A stretch of 64,000 bases of DNA, from contig CACBNQ010000003.1 in NCBI GenBank assembly GCA_902540655.1, forward strand, positions 8,599 to 72,598, written 5' to 3'. Position numbers and translations under genes: made by a program. The notes under the pieces were generated by a model, which did not search any database, was not told the origin of the DNA, and worked only from the letters and a program-made list of their open reading frames with translations. The stretch is from an uncultured Alphaproteobacteria bacterium. Its GTDB lineage: Bacteria; Pseudomonadota; Alphaproteobacteria; Rhodobacterales; Rhodobacteraceae. Shown one piece after another: positions 54,926 through 63,284 of this stretch (position 1 is its first letter; every line of letters starts with the position of its first letter).

Positions 54926-55690
54926 TTACATTCTTCTTTCTCTGATATCAGAAATAATTAGTTCAAGCTCCTCTAAAGGTATAAAGCCTGGAAAAAATTT
55001 ACCCTCGATAATAAATAGGGGTGTACCAGAAAAGCCTATTCGTCTTGCTAGTGCGGTAGATTTTGCTATATGGTTTATTACGAATTCACTTTCCATATCT
55101 TTTTTCAAGCTAGCGATATCAATCTCTAAATTTTTTGCTATTTCAAAAATTTTAGTCTCAGTTAGACTACCTTCCTTCATAAGCCGCCAATGATATTCTT
55201 TGTACTTGCCTTGTGCAATTGATGCTAAAGCCGCTTTTGCAGCAATAACACTATTATTGTTTAAAATAGGCCACTCGCGTGGAATAAATTTTATGTTCTC
55301 ATCAGATTTTATTAAATCTTGAAGATCCTTTGCGGCCGTTTTGCAATACGGACAGTTATAATCAAAGAATTCAACAAGCGTAATATCTCCGGTTGGATTA
55401 CCAATAACAACTGTATCTTCAGTGTCAGTCAGTTCTGAACTATATTCTCTGATAAGATTTGAGACATTATCATTTCTTTGCTGTTCTTCCCTAGCTTGAA
55501 GAATCCTAGAAGCCTCTCGCAGTATTTCAGGATTTTCGAGCAATGCTTCCAGTGCTAACTTTTTTATTGTTGCCATCTCATTTTCTGAAAAGCTGTTGTT
55601 TCTTTTATCTTGAGCAAATAAAGGTATGGTTACAAAAACATAAACTACGAAAAAGATGGTGTATGAGATACATTTAAGCTTCATAAGCAT
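54926..55690 (-). CDS. DsbA-family thiol:disulfide oxidoreductase, exported
   Basis: Signal/anchor segment and the thioredoxin-fold active site FFDYNCPYCK. Confidence 0.85.
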   Translation of the reverse strand: MLMKLKCISYTIFFVVYVFVTIPLFAQDKRNNSFSENEMATIKKLALEALLENPEILREASRILQAREEQQRNDNVSNLIREYSSELTDTEDTVVIGNPTGDITLVEFFDYNCPYCKTAAKDLQDLIKSDENIKFIPREWPILNNNSVIAAKAALASIAQGKYKEYHWRLMKEGSLTETKIFEIAKNLEIDIASLKKDMESEFVINHIAKSTALARRIGFSGTPLFIIEGKFFPGFIPLEELELIISDIRERRM

Positions 55691-57069
55691 TAGGAACTAA
55701 GACTCCCAATCTTATGAAATAGTTGCCGATATGCCTCCTGCCCTTTATAAAAACTAGATAATCGGAAAAATTCATTAGGCGCATGCCAGTTTTCGTCATT
55801 AAGTTGAAAAGAAAATGTTGTTGTATAGACGCCTAAAAATCGGTAAAAAGCAGAAAGAATGGGAATTGAGCCTCCAACTCTTATAATGTATGGATCTTTT
55901 CCATAAATATTTTTAAGCACCTCTTTTGCCAATTTCATCGAATTCAAGTCACTGGGGATTAATAAGGGATCGCCTTGATCTTGAAGCGGTATAACCTTAC
56001 CAATGACTCCCGATGGCAGATGTTTTTCAACATGTTTCTCAATCTTTTTAAGTATCTCTTTTGGTTTTTGATCTGCTACTAAACGACAAGTTATTTTTGC
56101 AAAGGCTTTGGAAGGTAGAACCGTTTTAGTACCTGCTCCTTGATAACCACCCGAAATACCATTTAAATCAATAGTAGGGCGTGCGCTTACTCGCTCTAAT
56201 GGTGTATAGGCAATTTCACCATCTAAACAAATGGCGCCTGTCTGTTCTACAAATTTTTTCTCATCAAAAGGAACTCTTGATATCTCCTCTTTGTCTTTAG
56301 AAGTAAGAGGAACAACTTCATCATAAAAACCTTCAACAGCGATCTCTCCGTTATCATTCTTCATGGAAGCGATCAATTGTGATAATGCCATTACAGGATT
56401 TGCAATCGCCGCACCATACAATCCCGAATGCTTGTCGGTATCTGGACCAGTTACCTCAATATCAAAACCTAATATACCTTTATAAGCTACTGCCAATTCA
56501 CACTCATCTTCAGAAAACTGACCACCATCAGCTGAAAAAATCATGTCACAGGTCAGTTTGTCAACATTTTTGGAGACAAATTCAGGCATGTTTGGTGAGG
56601 CCACTTCTTCTTCCCCTTCAAAAATGAATTTGATGTTGAAGGGGAAAGTCTCCGACGTTTTAAATATTGACTCAAACACAACGATAGGTATGAACATGGA
56701 ACCCTTATCATCAGAAGCTCCTCTCCCAAAAATTTTATTATCTTTAATAATCGGTTTGAAGGGATCAATATCCCACAATTCAAGCGGATCTACAGGTTGA
56801 ACATCATAATGACCATATATAAGTACCGTAGGTTTATCACTTCCGGCATGCAACCAATCACCATAAACTGCAGGTTGCCCACCAGTATCCATTAGCTCCA
56901 CATTGTCTATGCCAGCTTTTAACATTCGCTCTTTTAACCAGGCCGCAGCTCTTTGAACGTCTTTAGAATGTTCTGGCAAAGCAGCAATCGAAGGTATAGA
57001 TATAAAATCTAACAAATCATTATTAAATTTTTCTCTATTTTCTGTTAGATATTTTTGATCATTTTTCAT
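55690..57069 (-). CDS. M20 family dipeptidase/peptidase
   Basis: GHYDVQP, GRGASDDKG and FEGEEE metal-ligand blocks. Confidence 0.85.
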   Translation of the reverse strand: MKNDQKYLTENREKFNNDLLDFISIPSIAALPEHSKDVQRAAAWLKERMLKAGIDNVELMDTGGQPAVYGDWLHAGSDKPTVLIYGHYDVQPVDPLELWDIDPFKPIIKDNKIFGRGASDDKGSMFIPIVVFESIFKTSETFPFNIKFIFEGEEEVASPNMPEFVSKNVDKLTCDMIFSADGGQFSEDECELAVAYKGILGFDIEVTGPDTDKHSGLYGAAIANPVMALSQLIASMKNDNGEIAVEGFYDEVVPLTSKDKEEISRVPFDEKKFVEQTGAICLDGEIAYTPLERVSARPTIDLNGISGGYQGAGTKTVLPSKAFAKITCRLVADQKPKEILKKIEKHVEKHLPSGVIGKVIPLQDQGDPLLIPSDLNSMKLAKEVLKNIYGKDPYIIRVGGSIPILSAFYRFLGVYTTTFSFQLNDENWHAPNEFFRLSSFYKGQEAYRQLFHKIGSLSS

Positions 57070-57214
57070 TATTTAAGCACCTTCTTACTATCTATCCTAG
57101 ACAACTTAATATGTTATACGTTCAAATTTATTTAAAGTAACTTTTTTATTAAGTAAACGAAGTTAGTTTATCTAAACAAACATTAATAAAGCAACCCTCA
57201 TACTCAATCAGTAT

Positions 57215-58087
57215 TTAATTGTAATAGAAACTAACCGAATGTTTAGCCTCAGCAAAAAATAACCATCTTGAAAAATAAATTCCTACAAAATGAATGCCTA
57301 TCACAAAAACGCTTACACTAAAGTTACTAGGAAACATTAAAATTAATAACATTGGCAAAACAAATGCCGCAAAGAAAGAGATATATCTTATTTTTATCGC
57401 ATGTTTCCTAGCAACTTTATAAACCATCTCATTAAGCAAATAATTTCTATTAGTATGAGCAACATCAAAAGCTCTGATATCTTCATTTTTACTAAATCCC
57501 AAAGCGGTACCAACACTCGTTTCTTTATATATAAAACTTTGGTCAGCAATATACCAAAACAAGACTTGAAGAACTGCAAAAATCAATAGCAAAACTAAGC
57601 TAGCGTAATCCAATAATAGAATTGAGCCACCTGCCAAAGCTGTAAAAATAAAAAGAGCAGGCGTTAACAAATTATTCCAAGATGGCACGGTTTTTAACTG
57701 TGCATAAATCATGGAAGTAGTAAAAATAGTAAATAAAGATAAAAGAAATAATATAATGCCAACCTCGTTGATATATCGATTTTGTACAAAAACCCAACCA
57801 ATGTTTCCTACAACAATCGATAGGCAGAAGATCGAGGAAATTGCCTCTCGACTTAACCAGCTAGTTTGCCATTGAGACATGGATTTGATTGCATTTTTTT
57901 TGTTTGCAAGATGAAAAAAAGAGGAAATCAATCCAATAATTGAAAAAAAAAGACCAATTACAGAAAAAATCACAATATCAACCGTGCTGATCTGATTCAA
58001 AAATTGTAGCAGTCCAACAATTGAAATCAGCCCAAAACCGAAACCAGAAAGAACAGTAAAAAGGATTATTGATGGAGCAGGATGCAT
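57215..58087 (-). CDS. DmsC-like membrane anchor subunit of a molybdopterin oxidoreductase
   Basis: About 8 TM helices, with N-terminal HPAPSIILFTVLSGFGFG resembling the DmsC/YnfH start. 1-nt overlap with the Fe-S subunit gene. Confidence 0.7.
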   Translation of the reverse strand: MHPAPSIILFTVLSGFGFGLISIVGLLQFLNQISTVDIVIFSVIGLFFSIIGLISSFFHLANKKNAIKSMSQWQTSWLSREAISSIFCLSIVVGNIGWVFVQNRYINEVGIILFLLSLFTIFTTSMIYAQLKTVPSWNNLLTPALFIFTALAGGSILLLDYASLVLLLIFAVLQVLFWYIADQSFIYKETSVGTALGFSKNEDIRAFDVAHTNRNYLLNEMVYKVARKHAIKIRYISFFAAFVLPMLLILMFPSNFSVSVFVIGIHFVGIYFSRWLFFAEAKHSVSFYYN

Positions 58088-58830
58088 TAGAATTTACTAA
58101 GAGCTCTATCCACCCAACCAAGTAGCCCTGTAGCATCTGTTTCCTCCTCAACAACTGACCCAACAGAGCTGACAGAATTCTTAGACTTTATTCTAGGAAG
58201 TAGATATTTATTAACTGGTTTTGTTTGCATTTCAGGCATAAGATCAACTCCACCTCTCTCTTTGACCTTCTTTGAAACATCTGAATTAGGGTCATTGAAA
58301 TCACCAAATGCTCTTGCGCCAGTGGGACAACTCTTTACACACACAGGCACTCTGTCCTCTGGTGGAAGCTCTTCACTATAAATTCTATCAACACACAAAG
58401 TACACTTTTTCATCACACCGCTCACTAAATCTAGCTCTCGAGCTCCATAGGGACACGCCCAAGCACAAAGCCCACAGCCCATGCAATCATATTCATTTAC
58501 AAGAACTATCCCATCTTCTTCTCTCTTGTAACTTGCTCCTGTCGGGCAAACAGTCACACAAGGTGCATCTTCACAGTGAAGGCAAGATCTTGGAAAGTAA
58601 AACGTCTCAGCTTCATTCGTACAGCTGTTTTCTCTCTCATATGAATGAACTCGATTTAAAAAAGTACCAACTGGACCCTTCTGATGAGAGTTGATATCAC
58701 TTAACTGCTTTTCGCCTCCTGATGAATTCCACTCTTTACAACTCACTACACATCCGTGACATCCAACACAAGTATCAAGATCAATTAAAAGCCCTAATTT
58801 TTTATCTTCGCATTTAGGTAATTTTGTCAA
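58087..58830 (-). CDS. 4Fe-4S ferredoxin-type electron-transfer subunit (DmsB-like)
   Basis: Four Cys clusters: CVGCHGCVVSC, CLHCEDAPCVTVCP, CMGCGLCAWACP and CTLC...CVKSCP. Confidence 0.9.
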   Translation of the reverse strand: MTKLPKCEDKKLGLLIDLDTCVGCHGCVVSCKEWNSSGGEKQLSDINSHQKGPVGTFLNRVHSYERENSCTNEAETFYFPRSCLHCEDAPCVTVCPTGASYKREEDGIVLVNEYDCMGCGLCAWACPYGARELDLVSGVMKKCTLCVDRIYSEELPPEDRVPVCVKSCPTGARAFGDFNDPNSDVSKKVKERGGVDLMPEMQTKPVNKYLLPRIKSKNSVSSVGSVVEEETDATGLLGWVDRALSKF

Positions 58831-58837
58831 TTCTTAC

Positions 58838-61636
58838 TCATTTCTTTTTATCTACCCCAACATTTACAGGAGAGCTCAATACTGGAAACTGCGGGAGAGA
58901 TACGTTACTGGGGTTGTCCACCTTCTCAATGTTAACTAATAGGTCATACCATGCAGCTTGTCCAGTAATAGGATCAGAATTACTATATCTGTAGCCGCTA
59001 TCATTCTTGGGCAAGAGATCAGAAATGAGGTGATTTATTATAAAACCTTTATTAGCCTCCTCCACATTTTCATCTAGAGCCCAAGATCCTTTTCTTTTGC
59101 CAATTGCGTTCCATGTCCATACTGTATCTTCATTCTGGCTCTTCATAAGCGCAACCGGAACAACTATTGATGAATTTTCCGACGTTAATCTAGCCCAGTC
59201 TCCATCTTTAAAATTCTTTTCTTTCCAAATACCTTTAGACACAAATAATTTGTTAGAACCATGAATTTGTCTCAACCAAACATTCTGACTGCCCCAACTA
59301 TGATACATCGCTGCGGGTCTCTGTGTAATTGCATGTATAGGATATTGTTTGACTTTTTTTGGATCATGATTTGACCACCAAATTGGTAATGGATCCATTT
59401 TTTCGTCAATTCTTTTATACAAATGCTCCTGAGGTTTCAAATTAACTGGCAATTGGTGGTAATTTTGCAACTTTGCTAGTGGTTCTAAATAGATTTGAAA
59501 GACAAAAGGCTCTTCTTTATCGTAGAAACCCATTTCAACAGCCCACTTTTGATATGCTTTATTCCATGGTTTATAATATTGAGCTTCGTCGGGTATTTTT
59601 TCACTCCAAAAACCGCCATTCTTTATATAATTGTCAATTTGATTTAAGCTAATGTCTCCTCGGCCACAATCTGTATTAGTCTCACCTCTAAATCCTGCTA
59701 AAGGCCCAATGCCCGGGCGTCTCTGATGCCTCTGCATGTAATCAGCGTAATCCTCATATAATGGCCGCTTGTCGCTGTCTACCATTCCTGGTAGCTCCAG
59801 CATAACGCCAAGTTGCAGCAAAACATCTTGAAAACTTCTCACATCTCTATCTGGCTTAACAACTGGCCAGCGTATTGCATCACTAACTTGATCCGGCTCA
59901 CCTATAGGCCGATCCAATAACGATATACAATCATATCTTTCTAAATATGTCGTATCTGGCAAAATAAGATCAGCATAGGCAACAGTCTCCGAGTAATAGC
60001 TATCGGAGTATATTATCCTAGGGATTCTATACGCGCCTGAGTCAGGGTCTCGTTCTGTTAATTTCTTGATTGTTTCCTCGGTATTCATAGAGGAATTCCA
60101 TGCCATATTTGCCATGTAGAGAAATAACGTATCTATTTTATAAGGATCTCCACTGTGACAATTAGATATTACAGTATGCATTAATCCATGTGAAGACATA
60201 GGGTTTTCCCATGTAAAACCTTTATCAATTCTTGCTGGCTTACCATCCTTAGTATAAGCTAAGTCTTCGGGTCCACTTATATATCCAAGATGAGGTCCAT
60301 CTAATTCACTATCAGGACTAAATTTAAAATGTGGTCTAGGGTGCGCATCAAACGGCTTAGGATAAGGCGGTTTATACCGAAATCCGCCTGGAACATCAAC
60401 GCTACCAATTAAAATTTGAAGCAAGTGTATAGCTCGGCAGGTTTGAAATCCATTGGAGTGCGCTGAAATACCTCTCATCGCATGGAAACTAACCGGCCTG
60501 CCGGTGAACCCCAACCTTTTTTTCCCTCTAAAGTCCACCCAACTTTGATCAATGTATATTGACTTGTTAAACGCAGTTATAGCTATATCATCGGCCAACC
60601 TTAATATTTGCTCTTCCTTCAATCCGCACTGCGGTGCAACTAATTTTGGAGAATATGCGTTATCCAAATATTTTTCAGTTAACAAACTAAATACAGTCTT
60701 ATAGGAACCATCTTCATTTGAATAAGACTTGGTCAAAGATGGCCTCACTCCCTTATCTGAAAATCTCTTTAATTCACCAGAAAAATGATCTATCACAAGA
60801 GGACAGCCTTCTTTATCTCTTAAAAACAATCCCTTGCTATCATTAGTTGATGTAACACTCACAAGGAATGGTGAATTTGTAAAACTTTGCAAATAATCTA
60901 AATCAATTTTTTTCTTTTTAAGCAGCGTATGCACAATCGAAAGAACCAAGAGGCCATCGGTTCCTGGGCGTATCCCTAACCATTGATCTGCAACTGAATT
61001 ATAGCCAGTCCTTACTGGATTAATTGCGATAACTTTTGCACCTCTATTTTTCAACTTTCCTAACCCTCTTTTAATAGGATTACTGTCATGATCTTCTGCC
61101 ACACCAAAAAGAAGCATTAGCTCTGTTTTATCCCAATCAGGAGAACCAAATTCCCAAAATGAACCTCCCATAGTATAAATACCTGCAGCAGCCATATTTA
61201 CAGAACAAAAGCCGCCATGAGCTGCGTAGTTGGGTGTGCCAAACTTTTGTGCCCACCAACCAGTAAATGACTGAGATTGATCTCGACCAGTATAAAAGAC
61301 AAGTTTTTCTGGCGATTTTTTACGAATGGGAGATAACCACTCAACCGCTATCTTAAGAGCCTCATCCCAGGATATCTCTTCAAACTTCCCCTCTCCACGC
61401 TCACCAACCCTACGTAGTGGCTTTTTTAGCCTAGAGGCTGCTTTATGCTGAAAAATACCAGAAGCACCTTTCGCACATAAAACACCCTTATTTACTGGAT
61501 GATCTCTATTACCTTCTATATGAACGACTTCATTGTCTTTTATATGCACATCAATGCCACAGCGACACGCACACATATAACAAGTTGTTTTAGAAACTTT
61601 TACAAGGCTTTCAGTGGCGTAAACTTCTTTATCCAT
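58838..61636 (-). CDS. Molybdopterin (bis-MGD) oxidoreductase catalytic subunit, no Tat signal
   Basis: N-terminal Fe-S motif CYMCACRCG...(x26)...C. MopB-type domains. A likely Cys Mo ligand in AHGGFCSVN. 932 aa. The N-terminus MDKEVYATESLVK has no twin-arginine motif. Confidence 0.85.
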   Translation of the reverse strand: MDKEVYATESLVKVSKTTCYMCACRCGIDVHIKDNEVVHIEGNRDHPVNKGVLCAKGASGIFQHKAASRLKKPLRRVGERGEGKFEEISWDEALKIAVEWLSPIRKKSPEKLVFYTGRDQSQSFTGWWAQKFGTPNYAAHGGFCSVNMAAAGIYTMGGSFWEFGSPDWDKTELMLLFGVAEDHDSNPIKRGLGKLKNRGAKVIAINPVRTGYNSVADQWLGIRPGTDGLLVLSIVHTLLKKKKIDLDYLQSFTNSPFLVSVTSTNDSKGLFLRDKEGCPLVIDHFSGELKRFSDKGVRPSLTKSYSNEDGSYKTVFSLLTEKYLDNAYSPKLVAPQCGLKEEQILRLADDIAITAFNKSIYIDQSWVDFRGKKRLGFTGRPVSFHAMRGISAHSNGFQTCRAIHLLQILIGSVDVPGGFRYKPPYPKPFDAHPRPHFKFSPDSELDGPHLGYISGPEDLAYTKDGKPARIDKGFTWENPMSSHGLMHTVISNCHSGDPYKIDTLFLYMANMAWNSSMNTEETIKKLTERDPDSGAYRIPRIIYSDSYYSETVAYADLILPDTTYLERYDCISLLDRPIGEPDQVSDAIRWPVVKPDRDVRSFQDVLLQLGVMLELPGMVDSDKRPLYEDYADYMQRHQRRPGIGPLAGFRGETNTDCGRGDISLNQIDNYIKNGGFWSEKIPDEAQYYKPWNKAYQKWAVEMGFYDKEEPFVFQIYLEPLAKLQNYHQLPVNLKPQEHLYKRIDEKMDPLPIWWSNHDPKKVKQYPIHAITQRPAAMYHSWGSQNVWLRQIHGSNKLFVSKGIWKEKNFKDGDWARLTSENSSIVVPVALMKSQNEDTVWTWNAIGKRKGSWALDENVEEANKGFIINHLISDLLPKNDSGYRYSNSDPITGQAAWYDLLVNIEKVDNPSNVSLPQFPVLSSPVNVGVDKKK

Positions 61637-61650
61637 ATTTTTCTTTTAGA

Positions 61651-61893
61651 TTAATCTTTAGTATTTATTTCTATTAATTGTTGGTCTTCATCGACCATTT
61701 CGCCTTCAACTACAAAAATAGAGACAACCGAGCCAGAAACATTTGAAACAACGGGGATTTCCATTTTCATAGATTCAATAACTATCACGTCTTGACCAGA
61801 TTCAACAACATCCCCAACTTTACAATTAATTTTCCAAATCGATCCTGATATTTCTGACAAAAGAATAGCTCTTCCCACAGTGTTTCCCCTCAA
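61651..61893 (-). CDS. Stand-alone biotinyl/lipoyl-attachment domain protein (BCCP-like)
   Basis: 80 aa with VIESMKMEIPV (the E-x-M-K-M biotinylation-type motif) in a hammerhead-like beta fold. 14 nt upstream of the Mo-enzyme gene, same strand. Confidence 0.75.
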   Translation of the reverse strand: MRGNTVGRAILLSEISGSIWKINCKVGDVVESGQDVIVIESMKMEIPVVSNVSGSVVSIFVVEGEMVDEDQQLIEINTKD

Positions 61894-61979
61894 TAAATGA
61901 ATTACAACCTAACGTAATTAAAAAATATTTAAAAGATTTAAAAAAAATATTAACATAAAAATTGTATTGGGAGAGTCAA

Positions 61980-63278
61980 ATGCGGGCACCTTCTTTTAAA
62001 AATAAAATAAATCCTGGCAAGGCTCCAGAAAAAATCAATGTTTTTTCTGAACCGACAGAACTAGCTCTAAAAGAATGGAATAATAAAGGCTTACAATTGC
62101 CGGACGTATCTATAATTAATTCATATAGAAAGGAACAAGTCGTAACGCAATTAAAGAAGAACAGAGTCGATGCCATTTTGCTTTTTGACCCATTAAATAT
62201 TAGGTACGCAACTGGCACATCAAATATGCTTTTGTGGAATACACATAACCCTTTTAGATCCTGCTTAATTTTTGATGACGGCCACTGTATTCTTTGGGAT
62301 TACCAAGAAAGCACGCATTATTTAGAATCCAATTATCTGTACGTCGATGAAGTTAGAACTGGCGCATCCATGTTTTATTTTGCAAAAGGAGATAAAGTGA
62401 AGTCTGCCGCTGAAGATTTTTCTCATCAAGTAAGTCAATTCTTCGAAAAAAAAAGAAAAAACAATAAGAAATTGGCGATAGATAAAATAATGCTCGATGG
62501 GTTTAAAAGTCTAGAAAGTAGAGACTTTAAAATCGAAAATGGAGAAAAAATAATGGAGCATGCGCGATCGATAAAATCTGCCGAAGAGATAAAAGCTATG
62601 AGATGCTCTATTTCGGCGTGTGAAACCTCAATACATGTTATGGAGAAAGAAACAAAGCCAGGTATGACTGAAAATGATATCTGGTCAATTCTTCATTCGG
62701 AAAACATTAAAAGAGGTGGAGAGTGGATTGAAACTCGATTACTCTCGTCCGGTACCAAAACAAACCCCTGGTTTCAGGAATGTGGCTCTAGAATACTTCA
62801 GAATAATGAAATAGTGGCTTTTGATACTGATCTAGTTGGTTGTTACTCGATGTGCACTGATATTTCTAGAACATGGTGGATAGGAGACCAAGAGCCAACA
62901 AAGGAAATGAAACAAGATTATCAAATAGCATTGGAACATATCCAAAAGAATGCTGAACTTGTTGCTCCTGGTGTTCACTTTAACGATTTAACGTTCAAAG
63001 GACATCAACTTGATGATATGTATAAAAAACAACAATACAGTTGCAGGTTTCACGGTGTTGGGCTGTGCGACGAGTTTCCTCTAATAACATATCCAGAGGA
63101 CTATGAAGAGGGTGCTTTTGATTATGTCCTTCAGCCAGGAATGACGTTATGTGTAGAGGCATTAATCAGCCGTGAAAACGGCGACTTTTCAATTAAGCTT
63201 GAAGATCAATTACTTGTAACAGATAGTGGATTTGAAAATCTTACCTCTTATCCATTCGATGAAAAGTTTCTAAATTAA
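61980..63278 (+). CDS. M24 family metalloenzyme, DddP-like (candidate DMSP lyase; alternatively a creatinase/Xaa-Pro peptidase/ectoine-hydrolase-type enzyme)
   Basis: Pita-bread-fold metal ligands are present (track numbering D288-x-D290, D300, H364, E399, E414). The N-terminal block LLFDPLNIRYATGTSNMLLWNTHNPFR resembles DddP as I recall it. ATG 61980, preceded by GGGAGAG, is preferred over the TTG at 61962. Confidence 0.6.
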   Translation: MRAPSFKNKINPGKAPEKINVFSEPTELALKEWNNKGLQLPDVSIINSYRKEQVVTQLKKNRVDAILLFDPLNIRYATGTSNMLLWNTHNPFRSCLIFDDGHCILWDYQESTHYLESNYLYVDEVRTGASMFYFAKGDKVKSAAEDFSHQVSQFFEKKRKNNKKLAIDKIMLDGFKSLESRDFKIENGEKIMEHARSIKSAEEIKAMRCSISACETSIHVMEKETKPGMTENDIWSILHSENIKRGGEWIETRLLSSGTKTNPWFQECGSRILQNNEIVAFDTDLVGCYSMCTDISRTWWIGDQEPTKEMKQDYQIALEHIQKNAELVAPGVHFNDLTFKGHQLDDMYKKQQYSCRFHGVGLCDEFPLITYPEDYEEGAFDYVLQPGMTLCVEALISRENGDFSIKLEDQLLVTDSGFENLTSYPFDEKFLN

Positions 63279-63284
63279 TCCTCT

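Noticed and set aside
58308-58694. 128-aa antisense ORF inside the DmsB-like gene
   Set aside because: It is antisense to a gene with four complete Fe-S cluster motifs. Its His/Leu/Ser-rich translation is artefactual.
61590-61636. Twin-arginine signal on the molybdoenzyme catalytic subunit
   Set aside because: I looked for S/T-R-R-x-F-L-K in the N-terminus and upstream in frame. The ORF starts MDKEVYATESLVKVSKTTCYMC and a stop and the biotinyl-domain gene lie immediately upstream, so no leader is encoded.
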